Virus record (IMG/VR): IMGVR_UViG_2718217859_000008
Coordinates: 1-42,872 of that record
Source: a virus
Lineage: Duplodnaviria; Heunggongvirae; Uroviricota; Caudoviricetes
Strand: one strand, 5' to 3'
DNA: 42,872 nucleotides
The notes beneath the pieces are model-generated. The model was not told the origin of the DNA and ran no database searches. It saw only the letters and a program-made list of their open reading frames with translations. The number at the start of each line of letters is the position of its first letter. Position 1 is the first letter of the stretch. Below, in pieces: positions 1 through 9,985 of this stretch. Made by a program: the position numbers and the translations under genes.

Positions 1-588
1 TTAGCAAATGCCAAACGCTCGAATTGAAGCCAAGTCATTCAGATTATTCAGTTGTTCCTTCATCTCACGCTGGCGTTCGTGGATTTTAAAGCCCTCCGCC
101 ACCATGGCCACCATCATGGCATCGTTCAGCGCAATAAGTTTCTCCCTGGTCAGTACGACGTTATTATTATCCGCATCAGTCCAGAAAAATCCCTCCGGAA
201 GCAGTCCGGCCTGCGCTGCTGCAACCACGGGGGCAAGGCGTGACTGCGAGGTTTTTCCGCCATCAAAACGACGGCCATCAAACGTGAAAATAAACTCAAC
301 GTTTTCCTGACTGTCGCGCCATGCCTCAATTTCCCGCCTTTTTGCATCCTTTGCCGCTGCAATAAGTTCAGGCGTGACAGTGAACGGGGCGATTTCGCCC
401 CATTTCCCGCTTTGCAGCTCCTGCCAGACATGCTGGCCTGTCGGGGCCGTGTCATCCTGTATGGCGGTATACAGGGCAAACTCCGTTTCACCTTCAAATA
501 ACACCTCGCAGTCAACCGCACCATTTTCAAGATAATGTGCGTTTCTGATGCCTTTCACCGCTCTGATTTTCATGCCTGATTTCCTCAT
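1..588 (-). CDS. putative tail fibre assembly/chaperone protein (195 aa)
   Basis: Complete ORF (stop TAA at 1-3, ATG at 586-588); its ATG overlaps the stf stop (TAATG), the usual arrangement for a fibre chaperone downstream of stf; family not recognised from memory. Confidence 0.5.
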   Translation of the reverse strand: MRKSGMKIRAVKGIRNAHYLENGAVDCEVLFEGETEFALYTAIQDDTAPTGQHVWQELQSGKWGEIAPFTVTPELIAAAKDAKRREIEAWRDSQENVEFIFTFDGRRFDGGKTSQSRLAPVVAAAQAGLLPEGFFWTDADNNNVVLTREKLIALNDAMMVAMVAEGFKIHERQREMKEQLNNLNDLASIRAFGIC

Positions 589-2678
589 TACTCAATGCGT
601 ACAAAAAGACCGATAAAGCCACGCTGAGTACCATAATTGTTACCCAGGCCCGAAAGCGCCGTGTAACGACCGGGGAAGTTGTATTCACCGGCACCGCCAA
701 TCACAACCTGCGGTGAGGATGCGTATGTCCCTGTATCACTAACCGGTGCACTCATGGCCAGAGGACCAAGACGGGAACCCGGCACAGTATCACCGAGTCC
801 CAGAGAAGCATTTTCACCAAAACTTTCTCCCTGATATACCGCCATAATCGGCACACCGACGGCCGGGTATTGGTAATATGAGAACGGACCATTACCGGCG
901 GTTGAGGACATCAGATATGCCAGGGAGTTGCCGTCATACACAATAAGGCTTGATGTTGCATTCCAGCTGTTACCACTGTAGCGATAACGCATACAATGTA
1001 TGCTGTGCTCATCCTCGTAATACTGGTTGTAGTACAGCAGCGTTTTGAATTTACGCGCTGAGTCTGAACCATCGTTATCAGAGGGTGACCACATCACATC
1101 AATGATACCGTTAAATTTCGTGGTGCCCACCAGCAGCGTGGAGGAGTCCGCAATACTGACCGCATAACGCCCCGGGGTGACTGTCTGCAGCCATATAACG
1201 AAATCAGCCTGTCCGTTAAATGACAGAGCTTCGGCGCTGGTGAATGCCTGTCCAAACCCATACATCCCGGACAGGGCCAGCCTGCCCGGTGTGCGGTCAC
1301 GGATATCACTCTGGGGTTCCATCGTCGCAGCCGCGCTCAGCTCAAGCTCCGTGCGCATGGCTTCAGCCGTGTCATGCGCCAGCAATGCGCGGCCCTTCTC
1401 TGACAGCAGAGACAGTGAGGCATTCCCGTCCGTATTGAAGTACAGAAGATTATCTGCCCGTTGCGTCAGTGCGCTGATTGCCGTTAAGACGTCATTAAGC
1501 GGTTGTTTGCCTGCCAGCGCGTTTGTGATTGTCGTCGCAAAGTTCGGGTCATTGCCCAGCGCCGCTGCCAGCTCGTTCAGGGTGTCCAGAACTTCCGGCG
1601 ATGAGCCAACCAGCGCAGCAAGCAGTTTGCGCACAAACGCTGCGTTCGCTGCTTCCAGACCGGCGGCATCATCCGGTGGGGTTGGGGTGGTTGGGGTGCC
1701 GGTGAAGGCCGGGCTGTCCAGTGGCGCTTTTGTTTTCGTCTCGTCCATGACGGTTTTGACAGCCTTTGGCGTGGCAGCCAGTTCCTCGCTGTCGTTGTCC
1801 GTATCACTACACAGTTGCACCAGACCTTTTTCTGTCGTGGAGGCATTTGTTGCATTCAGGTCATCAACTATCTGCTGCGCCTCATCCCTGTACTGTTTCG
1901 CTTCCTGCGCATTGCCTGCACCTGCATCCTGGCTGGCTTTAGCCTGTCGGGCGTATTCAGCGGCGCTGTTTTCATGCCCGAGTGCAGCATTTGCTGCATT
2001 TTCCGCGCTGGTTGCAGCTGATGATGCGGCATTATGATAAAGGCGGGCACGTTCGGCGGCATCGACTGATTCATCCCGCGCTGTGCCTGATGACTGTGCG
2101 CTGTTTTCTGCCTCACCCGCAAAACGTTCCGCATCATCACGGGCCGTTGCGGTTGTCGTCACATCCTGTGCCGTCTGCTGTGCGTTTCCGGCTGCAGCTT
2201 CGGCGCTCTGCTGTGTCTGATTTTTTAGCTCTTCTGCCTCATCCTTACTAACCGCCGCAGATGTTGCTGCATTGATTGCATCATCAGCAGCTGTTTCTGC
2301 TCTCTCCCTGTCACTGACCACCTGCTCAGACAAGCGAAAAACGGTATTTATCATTTCCTCAAAACGCTTCATTACCTCAGGGCGTAAATCACCCTCCTTT
2401 GGTGCATCCAGAAAAGCATTCAGCGTATCCGGCTCATCTGTCGGTGCAACATAAATTTCCCCCGCCTTTACAGGAGGATGCCCTGAGCGGGACAAAAATA
2501 CATCATAAAATCCCGGCTCAGCATTAATAGTATACCCGCCATCACTTCCCGTAAGACAGGTTGCCACAATATTAACCACAACTGTCGGACTGGTTCTTCT
2601 GGCACGCAATTCAATCGCACAGTTTACGACAGGCTCACCCGCTCCGTCCTTCAGGACACCTGAAATCTTTACTGCCAT
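588..2678 (-). CDS. stf: side tail fibre protein Stf
   Basis: N-terminus MAVKISGVLKDGAGEPV matches the lambda Stf N-terminus as recalled; long Ala/Ser/Glu-rich shaft then Gly/Tyr-rich C-terminal domain; ATG at 2676-2678 with GGGGTG upstream (the track start at 2684 is GTG). Confidence 0.85.
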   Translation of the reverse strand: MAVKISGVLKDGAGEPVVNCAIELRARRTSPTVVVNIVATCLTGSDGGYTINAEPGFYDVFLSRSGHPPVKAGEIYVAPTDEPDTLNAFLDAPKEGDLRPEVMKRFEEMINTVFRLSEQVVSDRERAETAADDAINAATSAAVSKDEAEELKNQTQQSAEAAAGNAQQTAQDVTTTATARDDAERFAGEAENSAQSSGTARDESVDAAERARLYHNAASSAATSAENAANAALGHENSAAEYARQAKASQDAGAGNAQEAKQYRDEAQQIVDDLNATNASTTEKGLVQLCSDTDNDSEELAATPKAVKTVMDETKTKAPLDSPAFTGTPTTPTPPDDAAGLEAANAAFVRKLLAALVGSSPEVLDTLNELAAALGNDPNFATTITNALAGKQPLNDVLTAISALTQRADNLLYFNTDGNASLSLLSEKGRALLAHDTAEAMRTELELSAAATMEPQSDIRDRTPGRLALSGMYGFGQAFTSAEALSFNGQADFVIWLQTVTPGRYAVSIADSSTLLVGTTKFNGIIDVMWSPSDNDGSDSARKFKTLLYYNQYYEDEHSIHCMRYRYSGNSWNATSSLIVYDGNSLAYLMSSTAGNGPFSYYQYPAVGVPIMAVYQGESFGENASLGLGDTVPGSRLGPLAMSAPVSDTGTYASSPQVVIGGAGEYNFPGRYTALSGLGNNYGTQRGFIGLFVRIE

Positions 2679-2688
2679 ATTCACCCCA

Positions 2689-2715
2689 CAAAAAAGCCCG
2701 CCGGTTCCGGCGGGC
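2689..2715 (-). terminator. rho-independent terminator after the J-stf cargo pair
   Basis: 9-bp GC stem gcccgccgg/ccggcgggc (2696-2715) followed on the minus strand by TTTTTTG. Confidence 0.6.
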
Positions 2716-2768
2716 TGTGATTACATTCAGATTTTCTGTTTCATTTTGCCGTGATTTCGTTACAGCAC

Positions 2769-3560
2769 TTAACCGTTAACGTTCCTTATCTCCACAGGGT
2801 TATAATTCGTCGGTAAGCCGGATACATCCGCAACCATGACCTGGGTTTTCATTGAGCCAACCCAGCCTCCTGTCGGTGATATATCGAGATAAACACCTGT
2901 CGGTATTATGGATATATAGAGATTACCGTTACCGTCAAGATGACAACACTCATTATAGTAATATCCACCCTGTAAGGATGACTCAATCCAGCCCCTGCCC
3001 AGAGGCATTGATAATGCTGTGTTATTGACATCATCGGAAACATGCCCGACATTACTCCAGTTACTACCGCTCTCATGCCCTGAATGGTTTGGATATTGCG
3101 GTTCAAGCCATTTCACATCCCGTAATTTCAGAAAATACCACCCGGAATCAAATATAATTCCTCCTGAACCGTCAAACAGTTGCATACCGTATGAACTTCG
3201 CTCCGGCGGTATCCACTTGTCAAAAATATAATACTGAACCGTGCCAATATTTATATTCCACCATTTAAACACGTCTATACTTGTCACCGATATATATGTT
3301 CCGGGATTAACAAAATCAGGGGACAGCTTATTGACCCCGGTTTTTTGTGTCAGCCTCGAATTATTTGTATTCATCTTCAGAAACAATAAAGGACTGTTCA
3401 TTCCGGTTGTTATCAGACTGATTGCGCTCGTCGTGTTCCCGCCGGAGATAAAATGACCATTACTGAACTGACCGGCACTTCGCAAAACATAATTCACATC
3501 TTCCGCATCTGCCACTGTCAGTCCATAGTCATTAATTAGCTGAATGCCATAACCGCTCAT
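2769..3560 (-). CDS. hypothetical protein (263 aa), Gly/Asn/Tyr-rich, AT-richer than flanks
   Basis: ATG at 3558-3560 overlaps the stop of the upstream ORF (ATGA); the track start at 3578 is TTG; no recognised family. Confidence 0.5.
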   Translation of the reverse strand: MSGYGIQLINDYGLTVADAEDVNYVLRSAGQFSNGHFISGGNTTSAISLITTGMNSPLLFLKMNTNNSRLTQKTGVNKLSPDFVNPGTYISVTSIDVFKWWNINIGTVQYYIFDKWIPPERSSYGMQLFDGSGGIIFDSGWYFLKLRDVKWLEPQYPNHSGHESGSNWSNVGHVSDDVNNTALSMPLGRGWIESSLQGGYYYNECCHLDGNGNLYISIIPTGVYLDISPTGGWVGSMKTQVMVADVSGLPTNYNPVEIRNVNG

Positions 3561-3928
3561 CGGTGGTAAACCCCACAATGAACATCCACACCGCCAACAG
3601 CCAGGAGATACCCCAAATCATCAGGATATGAAACATGTCTTGCTGTATAGGTTAAGGTGACGCTGTTACCGTTGATGATAATATCCGGTGCCACCGGATA
3701 CCATACCCTGCCGGAAGGCACCGTAATCCCCTTCCGTGTCACACAATGTGTGAATGGGGTTCCATTGTTAAAACTGACACCAAATGTCACTGACCACGGG
3801 ATATTTGATGCCAGTGCTTCAATGATCGGAACATGATATGAGAATAAACGTCTGCACATAATTGCAGACGTATCCGTAACCACCCTGCCCGTTGCATCCA
3901 TGATTTGCCAGCCATATTGCAATGACAT
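3557..3928 (-). CDS. hypothetical protein (123 aa) immediately 3' of J
   Basis: Starts 9 nt after the J stop; stop TGA overlaps the ATG of the next ORF; no recognised family. Confidence 0.5.
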   Translation of the reverse strand: MSLQYGWQIMDATGRVVTDTSAIMCRRLFSYHVPIIEALASNIPWSVTFGVSFNNGTPFTHCVTRKGITVPSGRVWYPVAPDIIINGNSVTLTYTARHVSYPDDLGYLLAVGGVDVHCGVYHR

Positions 3929-3937
3929 ATTCGCTCC

Positions 3938-6900
3938 TCAGAATAACCTGCCCATTCTCACCCGAATGACATTGTTTTCATCATCGACCCTGAAGCAGTT
4001 CAGTTCCCGGCTCAGATCCCAGCCTCCCTGTCCCCTGACTTCAAATCCCGAAGAACGAAGAACCCCCGTAATTTCCGCAAAATCAATCGTCGCCCTGGAC
4101 ATGAAAACCTCATTCAGGAACAGCTGATCCCCCTGAGCCACAAACAAGGGTGTTGTATTACCATTCGCAGGATTAACCATCGCAATCCTGTCTGCCGCCA
4201 GCAGCACCTGGCTCTGCATACCGTCAGGGGTGTTCTCAATACCGGCACCGATACCCGCAATATAAAGGCGACCATCCTGCATCTGCTGCAGTTTCACGGC
4301 CCACATACTGTTCAGGTTATTACTGGTGTCCGTCTGAACCTTTTGTATCTGCTGGATGGTGGCCTCCTGATCTCCCAGCTTCTGGTCCGTTGTCGTCATG
4401 ATTTCACTGCTTTTTTGATCCACATACTGGCGAACCTGCGCTATCTGGCGTGCATTCTCCTCATTACTCTGACTGACCGTCTGCGTGAGTTCGCTGCTGA
4501 CGTTATCCACTCTCTGGCTCACCTGTGATATACCCAGTGACAGCTCATCATTTTTTTTCGCAACCAGCTGTGTGAGGCTGTTTTCTGTCTCCCCGATTTT
4601 TTGGGTCACTTCAGCAATATCACTCTCTATCTGCTGATTGATCTCATCCTCCAGTTGCTCAACTTCACTGCGCAATGCCGAGGCATTAATACGATCGTTC
4701 AGCTCCTGCCCCAGCAGGGTGCTGTTTATTTTCCCTTCAAAAAAATGGAGATATTTCTCAGCATCGTTACCCGGCTGGCCAACAGCCTCCACAAATGCCG
4801 ATTTGCCGACGGTATTCACACTGCGAACGTAAAAATAATAATTATTGCCCGGCTCAATATCCGGTCCGGAGGCTATCCAGTACAGCGCCGTACCAAGATA
4901 ACGCGCGCTGATTTCAACCTGCCTGATATCGATAATCCGCGTTTCCGATAACCAGAACTCAAACTGTACCGTCGGGTCATATACAGCCAGTTTCGGGACC
5001 GCCGTTATCTGAAAATACCCCGGTATCAGTTCAATAGTGACAGGCGCGGCCGGTGCCGCAATCCGGAACGATACCGACGCCGGATCGCCCTGCTGCCCCC
5101 ACGCATTTACCGCCCGGACTGTCAGCCTGTAGTTCCCTAGCGCCAGTTGCCTGAAGCGGTATGTGGTTTCCGTCGTCCGGGCCGTGCTGACCAGCCGCTC
5201 ACTGCCGTCATCCGCTGTTACGGTCAGACGGAGCAGGAAGCTCACGCCCTTCACCACCTTCGGCGTGTCCCAGCGCGCCAGCACCTGATATTCCCCGCTG
5301 TCTGCGGTGACTTCGGCGGTCAGGTGCTGCACCGCTGGCGGCGTGACACCATTCACCGTGCCGCTCTGGTCGCCGTCAAAGTACGCCCCGTTATCCACGA
5401 TGGCCTCTTTTTCCGGTACATGCTGCACGGCGGTGATGGCATACGTGCCGTCGTCGTTCTCACGGATACTCACGCAGCGGAACAGGCGCTGGCGCAGCGT
5501 CGGCAGCTTCAGCCCCCACACGCTGTATTCTGCAACGCCGTCAGGAACACGGCTCACTTTCACCTTCATGCCGTCGGTGACGGACTGAACCTCCACGCTG
5601 ACCGGATTGCCATTTCCGTCAACCAGGCTTATCAGCGTGGTGCCGGAGGATGGCAGCGTGATTTCACGGTCGAGCGTCAGCGTCCGGGTCTGGCTGTTCA
5701 CCGCCAGCACGCGACCACCGATGCTGATACCCGCATAGTCATCATCGCAGATTTCAATGATATCGCCCGGCACATGGCGAAGCCCTTCGGCACCCACGCT
5801 GAAGTCCACGGTCTGCGTTTCCAGCAGTTCCGTTTTAATCAGCCACAGCCCGGCGCGGTGTGCCTGCCCCCGGCTGGTACAGCCAAAGGCATCCATCTTC
5901 GTGACGTTACGACCGTAACGGGCAATGGCCTGCGTGTCCTCCACAAGCTCTGTCGCCGTCTCCCAGCCGTTGTCCGGGTCAATCCAGTTCACCTCAACAG
6001 CATTATGGCGGTCCTTCAGGGCGCTGAAGCTGTAGCGGAACGGCGCGCCGTCATCCGGCATCACCACATTACTGCGGTTATAGGTCCACACCTTATCCGA
6101 CGGCCGGTCCTGCACGAACGTCAGCGTCTGCCCGTTCCATACCGGCATACAGCGCATCGCCGAGCAGAAATCACTGAGCACATCCCACGCCTTACGCTGC
6201 GTGGTCAGGTAAGCATTACAGGTGATGCGTGGCTCCGTGCCACCAAAGCCGTCAGGCACCGACTGGTCGCAATGCTGGCCGATGACATACAGCGCCCATT
6301 TATCCACATCCGCCGCACCAAGACGTTTCCCCATGCCGTAGCGCGGATGGGTCAGCATATCCCACAGACACCAGGCCATGTTGTTGCTGTATGCCGGTTT
6401 AAACGTTCCGTCCCAGATACCGCTGTATTGCCGCGTCTGCGGGTTATAGTTCGACGGCACCTGCAGAATGCGCCCGCGAAGATGATAATTACGACTCACC
6501 TGCTGGCTGCCGAACTGCTCCGAGTCCACCTGTACACCGACCAGTGCCGTGTTCGGGTAGCCCTGTTTCACATCGATGATTTCGGTGTATGACGACCAGA
6601 GCGTTTTGTTCTGCAGCTGGTCTGTAGTGCTGTCCGGCGTCATCCTGCGCATCCGGATACTGAACGGGCGCGGCGGCAGGTTACCCACCACCACCGAGGC
6701 CAGATACTGTGAGGTGGTTTTTCCCTTAATGGTGATGTCTTTTTCCGTCACCCAGCCACCGTTACGTTGTATCTGAACCAGCAGGCGGACTTCCGACGGA
6801 TTCCGGTCCCCCTTTGAGGTGGTTTCCACCAGTGCCTGCACACCGAAGGTAAAGCGCAGACGGTCGATGTTTGCAGACGTGATGGTCCGGGTAATCGGCG

Positions 6901-7192
6901 TGTCGTACTTCACTTCCGTACCCAGCACCGTCTCGGAGCCGGAGGATTCAAATCCCTCCGGCGGTGTCTGCTCCTGCTCACCTGCCCGGAACACCACCGT
7001 GACACCGGAGATATTGGTATTCCCCTCACTGTCCAGCACCGGCGTACTGTTCAGCAGCACGCTTTTTAATCCATCCACCGGACCTTCAACCGGCCCTTCG
7101 CTGATGGCATCGATCACACTCAGCAACTGCGTGGACTTCAGGTTATCCTTCGCTTCGCGCGGGGTATGCCCCTTACTGCTTCCTTTACCCAT
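3938..7192 (-). CDS. J: tail tip / host specificity protein J (1084 aa)
   Basis: N-terminus [34 protein letters not shown] and long stretches match lambda J as recalled; the C-terminal ~250 aa carry a heptad-like segment and a short distinct end. Confidence 0.95.
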   Translation of the reverse strand: MGKGSSKGHTPREAKDNLKSTQLLSVIDAISEGPVEGPVDGLKSVLLNSTPVLDSEGNTNISGVTVVFRAGEQEQTPPEGFESSGSETVLGTEVKYDTPITRTITSANIDRLRFTFGVQALVETTSKGDRNPSEVRLLVQIQRNGGWVTEKDITIKGKTTSQYLASVVVGNLPPRPFSIRMRRMTPDSTTDQLQNKTLWSSYTEIIDVKQGYPNTALVGVQVDSEQFGSQQVSRNYHLRGRILQVPSNYNPQTRQYSGIWDGTFKPAYSNNMAWCLWDMLTHPRYGMGKRLGAADVDKWALYVIGQHCDQSVPDGFGGTEPRITCNAYLTTQRKAWDVLSDFCSAMRCMPVWNGQTLTFVQDRPSDKVWTYNRSNVVMPDDGAPFRYSFSALKDRHNAVEVNWIDPDNGWETATELVEDTQAIARYGRNVTKMDAFGCTSRGQAHRAGLWLIKTELLETQTVDFSVGAEGLRHVPGDIIEICDDDYAGISIGGRVLAVNSQTRTLTLDREITLPSSGTTLISLVDGNGNPVSVEVQSVTDGMKVKVSRVPDGVAEYSVWGLKLPTLRQRLFRCVSIRENDDGTYAITAVQHVPEKEAIVDNGAYFDGDQSGTVNGVTPPAVQHLTAEVTADSGEYQVLARWDTPKVVKGVSFLLRLTVTADDGSERLVSTARTTETTYRFRQLALGNYRLTVRAVNAWGQQGDPASVSFRIAAPAAPVTIELIPGYFQITAVPKLAVYDPTVQFEFWLSETRIIDIRQVEISARYLGTALYWIASGPDIEPGNNYYFYVRSVNTVGKSAFVEAVGQPGNDAEKYLHFFEGKINSTLLGQELNDRINASALRSEVEQLEDEINQQIESDIAEVTQKIGETENSLTQLVAKKNDELSLGISQVSQRVDNVSSELTQTVSQSNEENARQIAQVRQYVDQKSSEIMTTTDQKLGDQEATIQQIQKVQTDTSNNLNSMWAVKLQQMQDGRLYIAGIGAGIENTPDGMQSQVLLAADRIAMVNPANGNTTPLFVAQGDQLFLNEVFMSRATIDFAEITGVLRSSGFEVRGQGGWDLSRELNCFRVDDENNVIRVRMGRLF

Positions 7193-7204
7193 TCCTCACA
7201 CTCC

Positions 7205-7234
7205 ATAAACGACAAAGCCGCCCAAAAGGCGGCT
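7205..7234 (-). terminator. rho-independent terminator after the lipoprotein gene
   Basis: Stem agccgcc/ggcggct (7216-7234) with loop caaaa, followed on the minus strand by TTGTCGTTTAT. Confidence 0.5.
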
Positions 7235-7258
7235 CATGAGTTACGGCAGGATTAACTA

Positions 7259-7597
7259 TTATTTACATGCATTAACACTATCAGCAAAAATTTTTGGCGT
7301 TAATGCTGGTACGCGTTCATAAAGAGTAAAACTACTGCCATTTCCTGCTTTTTTGATATCAAGCACAACATCGTACCCACCCATAGCCTGTGGAACTAAA
7401 AGGCTTACCCCATTCTCAATAGGAAGGGATGTTATAGGTGTTCCATTACCAGCCCATTGTCTGGATATGCAGCCTGACAATTCATCAATATTTTTTAATG
7501 AATTACCTTCCATTACAGGTTTTCCGGATTTTACGTAATCCAAAGATTTACATCCTGTTAAGGCAATAATCGTGCAGAATAAAATCGTTTTGTTCAT
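7259..7597 (-). CDS. putative lipoprotein (112 aa) inserted between tail genes I and J
   Basis: ATG at 7595-7597; N-terminus MNKTILFCTIIALTGCKS has a hydrophobic signal and an LTGC lipobox; AT-rich 72-bp upstream spacer; terminator downstream. Confidence 0.6.
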   Translation of the reverse strand: MNKTILFCTIIALTGCKSLDYVKSGKPVMEGNSLKNIDELSGCISRQWAGNGTPITSLPIENGVSLLVPQAMGGYDVVLDIKKAGNGSSFTLYERVPALTPKIFADSVNACK

Positions 7598-7669
7598 ATA
7601 GCTAACCAACAGAATAATTATCAGTATTCGATATAAATATTAAATCAGTTAAAACATGAGTAAATAATA

Positions 7670-8311
7670 TTACCGCCCAATTACCACAACCTGACCACCA
7701 TCCCCTTCATCTGCCGTGCTGATCTCCTGAGATGCCACACGTGACCCCACGCGCATTTCACCGTACAGAACAGGCAGGACATTGCCCTGGGCAACCATGT
7801 TATCCAGCGAGGAGAAATAGGTGTTCTGTTTGCCGTTATCCGTTGTCTGTGTACGTGGAGTTTTGGGTTTAGGGGCCAGCATCTGTGCAACACCACCAAG
7901 CGTCATCGCTGCCCCCATAGAAAAGAGAATGTCACTGAAAGCGATACTGATTCCCGGCATCCAGATTGCCGTAGCAATCAGCGCCGCACCCAGCACTGCC
8001 TGAAAAACACCGCCACTTTTGGCACCCGCCAGACGCGGTACGATGTGGATCACGGCACCATTTGCCAGCGGCTCATTAAGACGGGCAGATAATTCGTTTT
8101 CGCCTGCATCACGCCCGGCAATGCGCACCTGATACCAGCCCTCATTCAGTTTCTGGCGAAACGACGGTAGCTGCGTGGCCAGCGCCCGGATGGCTTCGGC
8201 TCCCGTTTTCACACGAAGGTCGATGCGGCGGCCAAATCGTTGCAAATCCCCGTAAAGGCAGATGCGTGCCATGCCCGGTGACGCCAGAGGGAGTGTGTGC
8301 GTCGCTGCCAT
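7670..8311 (-). CDS. I: tail assembly protein I
   Basis: MAATHTLPLASPGMARICLYGDLQRFGRRIDLRVKTG and C-terminal EISTADEGDGGQVVVIGR match lambda gpI as recalled. Confidence 0.9.
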   Translation of the reverse strand: MAATHTLPLASPGMARICLYGDLQRFGRRIDLRVKTGAEAIRALATQLPSFRQKLNEGWYQVRIAGRDAGENELSARLNEPLANGAVIHIVPRLAGAKSGGVFQAVLGAALIATAIWMPGISIAFSDILFSMGAAMTLGGVAQMLAPKPKTPRTQTTDNGKQNTYFSSLDNMVAQGNVLPVLYGEMRVGSRVASQEISTADEGDGGQVVVIGR

Positions 8312-8952
8312 TTGTCGGTATACCTCTCTCGTTTGCTCAGTTGTTCAGGAATATGGTGCAGCAGCTCGCCGTCACCACAGTAAATGGCGGCATGATTCGG
8401 CACAGATGAACCAAAACAGCACAGCAGCACATCGCCCGGCTGCGCCGCTGACAACGGCACCTGATACAGCCCTGTGGCCTCCAGATTATCCAGATAGAGA
8501 TTCTGACCGTTACGCCACCAGTCATCCCCGCGATGAAAATCCGGCATCTCTATCCCCGCCAGATGATAAGCATCCCGGAACAGCGTGTAACAGTCCGTCA
8601 CCCCGTGCTCAAAGAGCCGCCCTGTAAGATGCGGCACACAGCGGAACTTGTGAATCGCCCCCCGGCAGACCAGCCACCACGGCAAATCACTCTGCACCTG
8701 CAGCCGTCTGTCAGCCTCGCTCAGCCAGGGCAGGCCACCGGGGTGGCTGTGGACCAGCGCCATAATCTCACCCTGCATCTCTGCCCGCAGCCAGTCCTCC
8801 GGCGACATCCGGAAATACGCCTCCGGCTCACCGGAGATATTCACGCAGGGAAGATACCTGTCTTCCTCCGGCGTTCTCACCACGAAGCCGCACGATTCCG
8901 CAGGCGCACACCGCCGGGCGTGCGCCAGAATCGCTGATTCTGTCTGTGTCAT
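8209..8952 (-). CDS. K: tail assembly protein K
   Basis: MTQTESAILAHARRCAPAESCGFVV and HSHPGG motif match lambda gpK as recalled; the ORF end overlaps the I start by about 100 nt, so the 3' limit is uncertain. Confidence 0.85.
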   Translation of the reverse strand: MTQTESAILAHARRCAPAESCGFVVRTPEEDRYLPCVNISGEPEAYFRMSPEDWLRAEMQGEIMALVHSHPGGLPWLSEADRRLQVQSDLPWWLVCRGAIHKFRCVPHLTGRLFEHGVTDCYTLFRDAYHLAGIEMPDFHRGDDWWRNGQNLYLDNLEATGLYQVPLSAAQPGDVLLCCFGSSVPNHAAIYCGDGELLHHIPEQLSKRERYTDKWQRRTHSLWRHRAWHASAFTGICNDLAAASTFV

Positions 8953-8957
8953 GGGAT

Positions 8958-9656
8958 TTACTGCGAAAGTTTGTTAATGGAAAGGAAGCCGCCAAAGTTG
9001 CCGACGTTATTGCGGAACTTACAACCGCTCAGGCATTTGCTGCATTTATCCTTCGTGATATCGGACGTTGGCTGGTCATATTCATCCGCGACCGCCGGAC
9101 CGTGATAACCGCACTCATCGCCGCGATAGGTCCAGGTGCAGGTGTTGGCCAGCATGATACGTCCCGGAAAAACAGCGCCGTCCGTTTCCGTCGGCGTGGA
9201 CAGTACAAAAGAGGCACTCACCGCGCTCAGTTCGCTGCACTGCTCAATGCGCCAGCGGCTGATCACCTCCTGCTCCGGATCGGCGTCACTGTTTCCGTTG
9301 ACGAAGTTCACCGCATCCAGAAAACGGGCGTAAACCTTACGCCGGACCACCGTTCCGCCGACCAGACTCTGCAGATCTTCCGCCATCCCGGTGACCATAC
9401 CGTACAGGTTAGAAACCGTCAGCGTGGGGCGCGTACTGGTGCCTTTGCCATTCAGTTCAAAACCACTCCCCTGAATGGGATACGGCTGATACTGTCGCCC
9501 CTGCCAGGTGACCGGCTCACCTTTTTCGTTCTGCTCATTACAGAAAAAATAACGTTCACCACCGACCTCTGTCAGATCGATTTCCCAGAGCACCACGCTG
9601 GCCGACTGCTCCGCACGGGTGCATTCATTCAGTGTTTCCTGCCGGATATCCTGCAT
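8958..9656 (-). CDS. L: minor tail protein L
   Basis: 232 aa, MQDIRQETLNECTRAEQSASVVLWEIDL, lambda gpL-like, in the canonical M-L-K-I order. Confidence 0.9.
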   Translation of the reverse strand: MQDIRQETLNECTRAEQSASVVLWEIDLTEVGGERYFFCNEQNEKGEPVTWQGRQYQPYPIQGSGFELNGKGTSTRPTLTVSNLYGMVTGMAEDLQSLVGGTVVRRKVYARFLDAVNFVNGNSDADPEQEVISRWRIEQCSELSAVSASFVLSTPTETDGAVFPGRIMLANTCTWTYRGDECGYHGPAVADEYDQPTSDITKDKCSKCLSGCKFRNNVGNFGGFLSINKLSQ

Positions 9657-9985
9657 CAGTTCACCACCTGTTTAAACTCTGCGCTGAACTCAACACGCAA
9701 CATACTGACCCGCGACGTCCATTTTGCGCAGGTCACCTTTATCTGCCGCCAGTCATAAGGCGGCGTCCACAGAAAGGCTTTCCAGCCTCCGTGCTCTGCC
9801 AGAAACGATTCCAGCGCCGTGGCCTCCCAACGGGGGACAGAAATCGTCACGCTGTACGTTTTCAGGTTGGCATTCAGCCCGGCAGGCGCGCGCTGGGAGT
9901 AACCATCACCAAAGCGCACCTCCCTGACGGAAGGAGCCGAAGCCACATCCATACCCGGTTTCACTTTCCAGCGGAAGGTTTTCAT
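9656..9985 (-). CDS. M: minor tail protein M
   Basis: 109 aa, MKTFRWKVKPGMDVASAPSVREVRFGDGYSQRAP, lambda gpM-like. Confidence 0.9.
   Translation of the reverse strand: MKTFRWKVKPGMDVASAPSVREVRFGDGYSQRAPAGLNANLKTYSVTISVPRWEATALESFLAEHGGWKAFLWTPPYDWRQIKVTCAKWTSRVSMLRVEFSAEFKQVVN

Noticed and set aside
1177-2037. 286-aa plus-strand ORF
   Set aside because: Antisense to stf; low-complexity Ala/Ser-rich product consistent with an open frame opposite the Ala-rich fibre shaft.
2769-3928. Possibility that the two ORFs after J are one frameshifted gene or pseudogene
   Set aside because: The junction is a clean ATGA stop/start overlap (3557-3560) with an in-frame ATG for the second ORF, which is typical translational coupling.
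5147-6592. 481-aa plus-strand ORF
   Set aside because: Lies entirely antisense to the well-supported J gene; Arg/Ala/His-rich translation typical of the reverse frame of a GC-rich gene; no RBS context.
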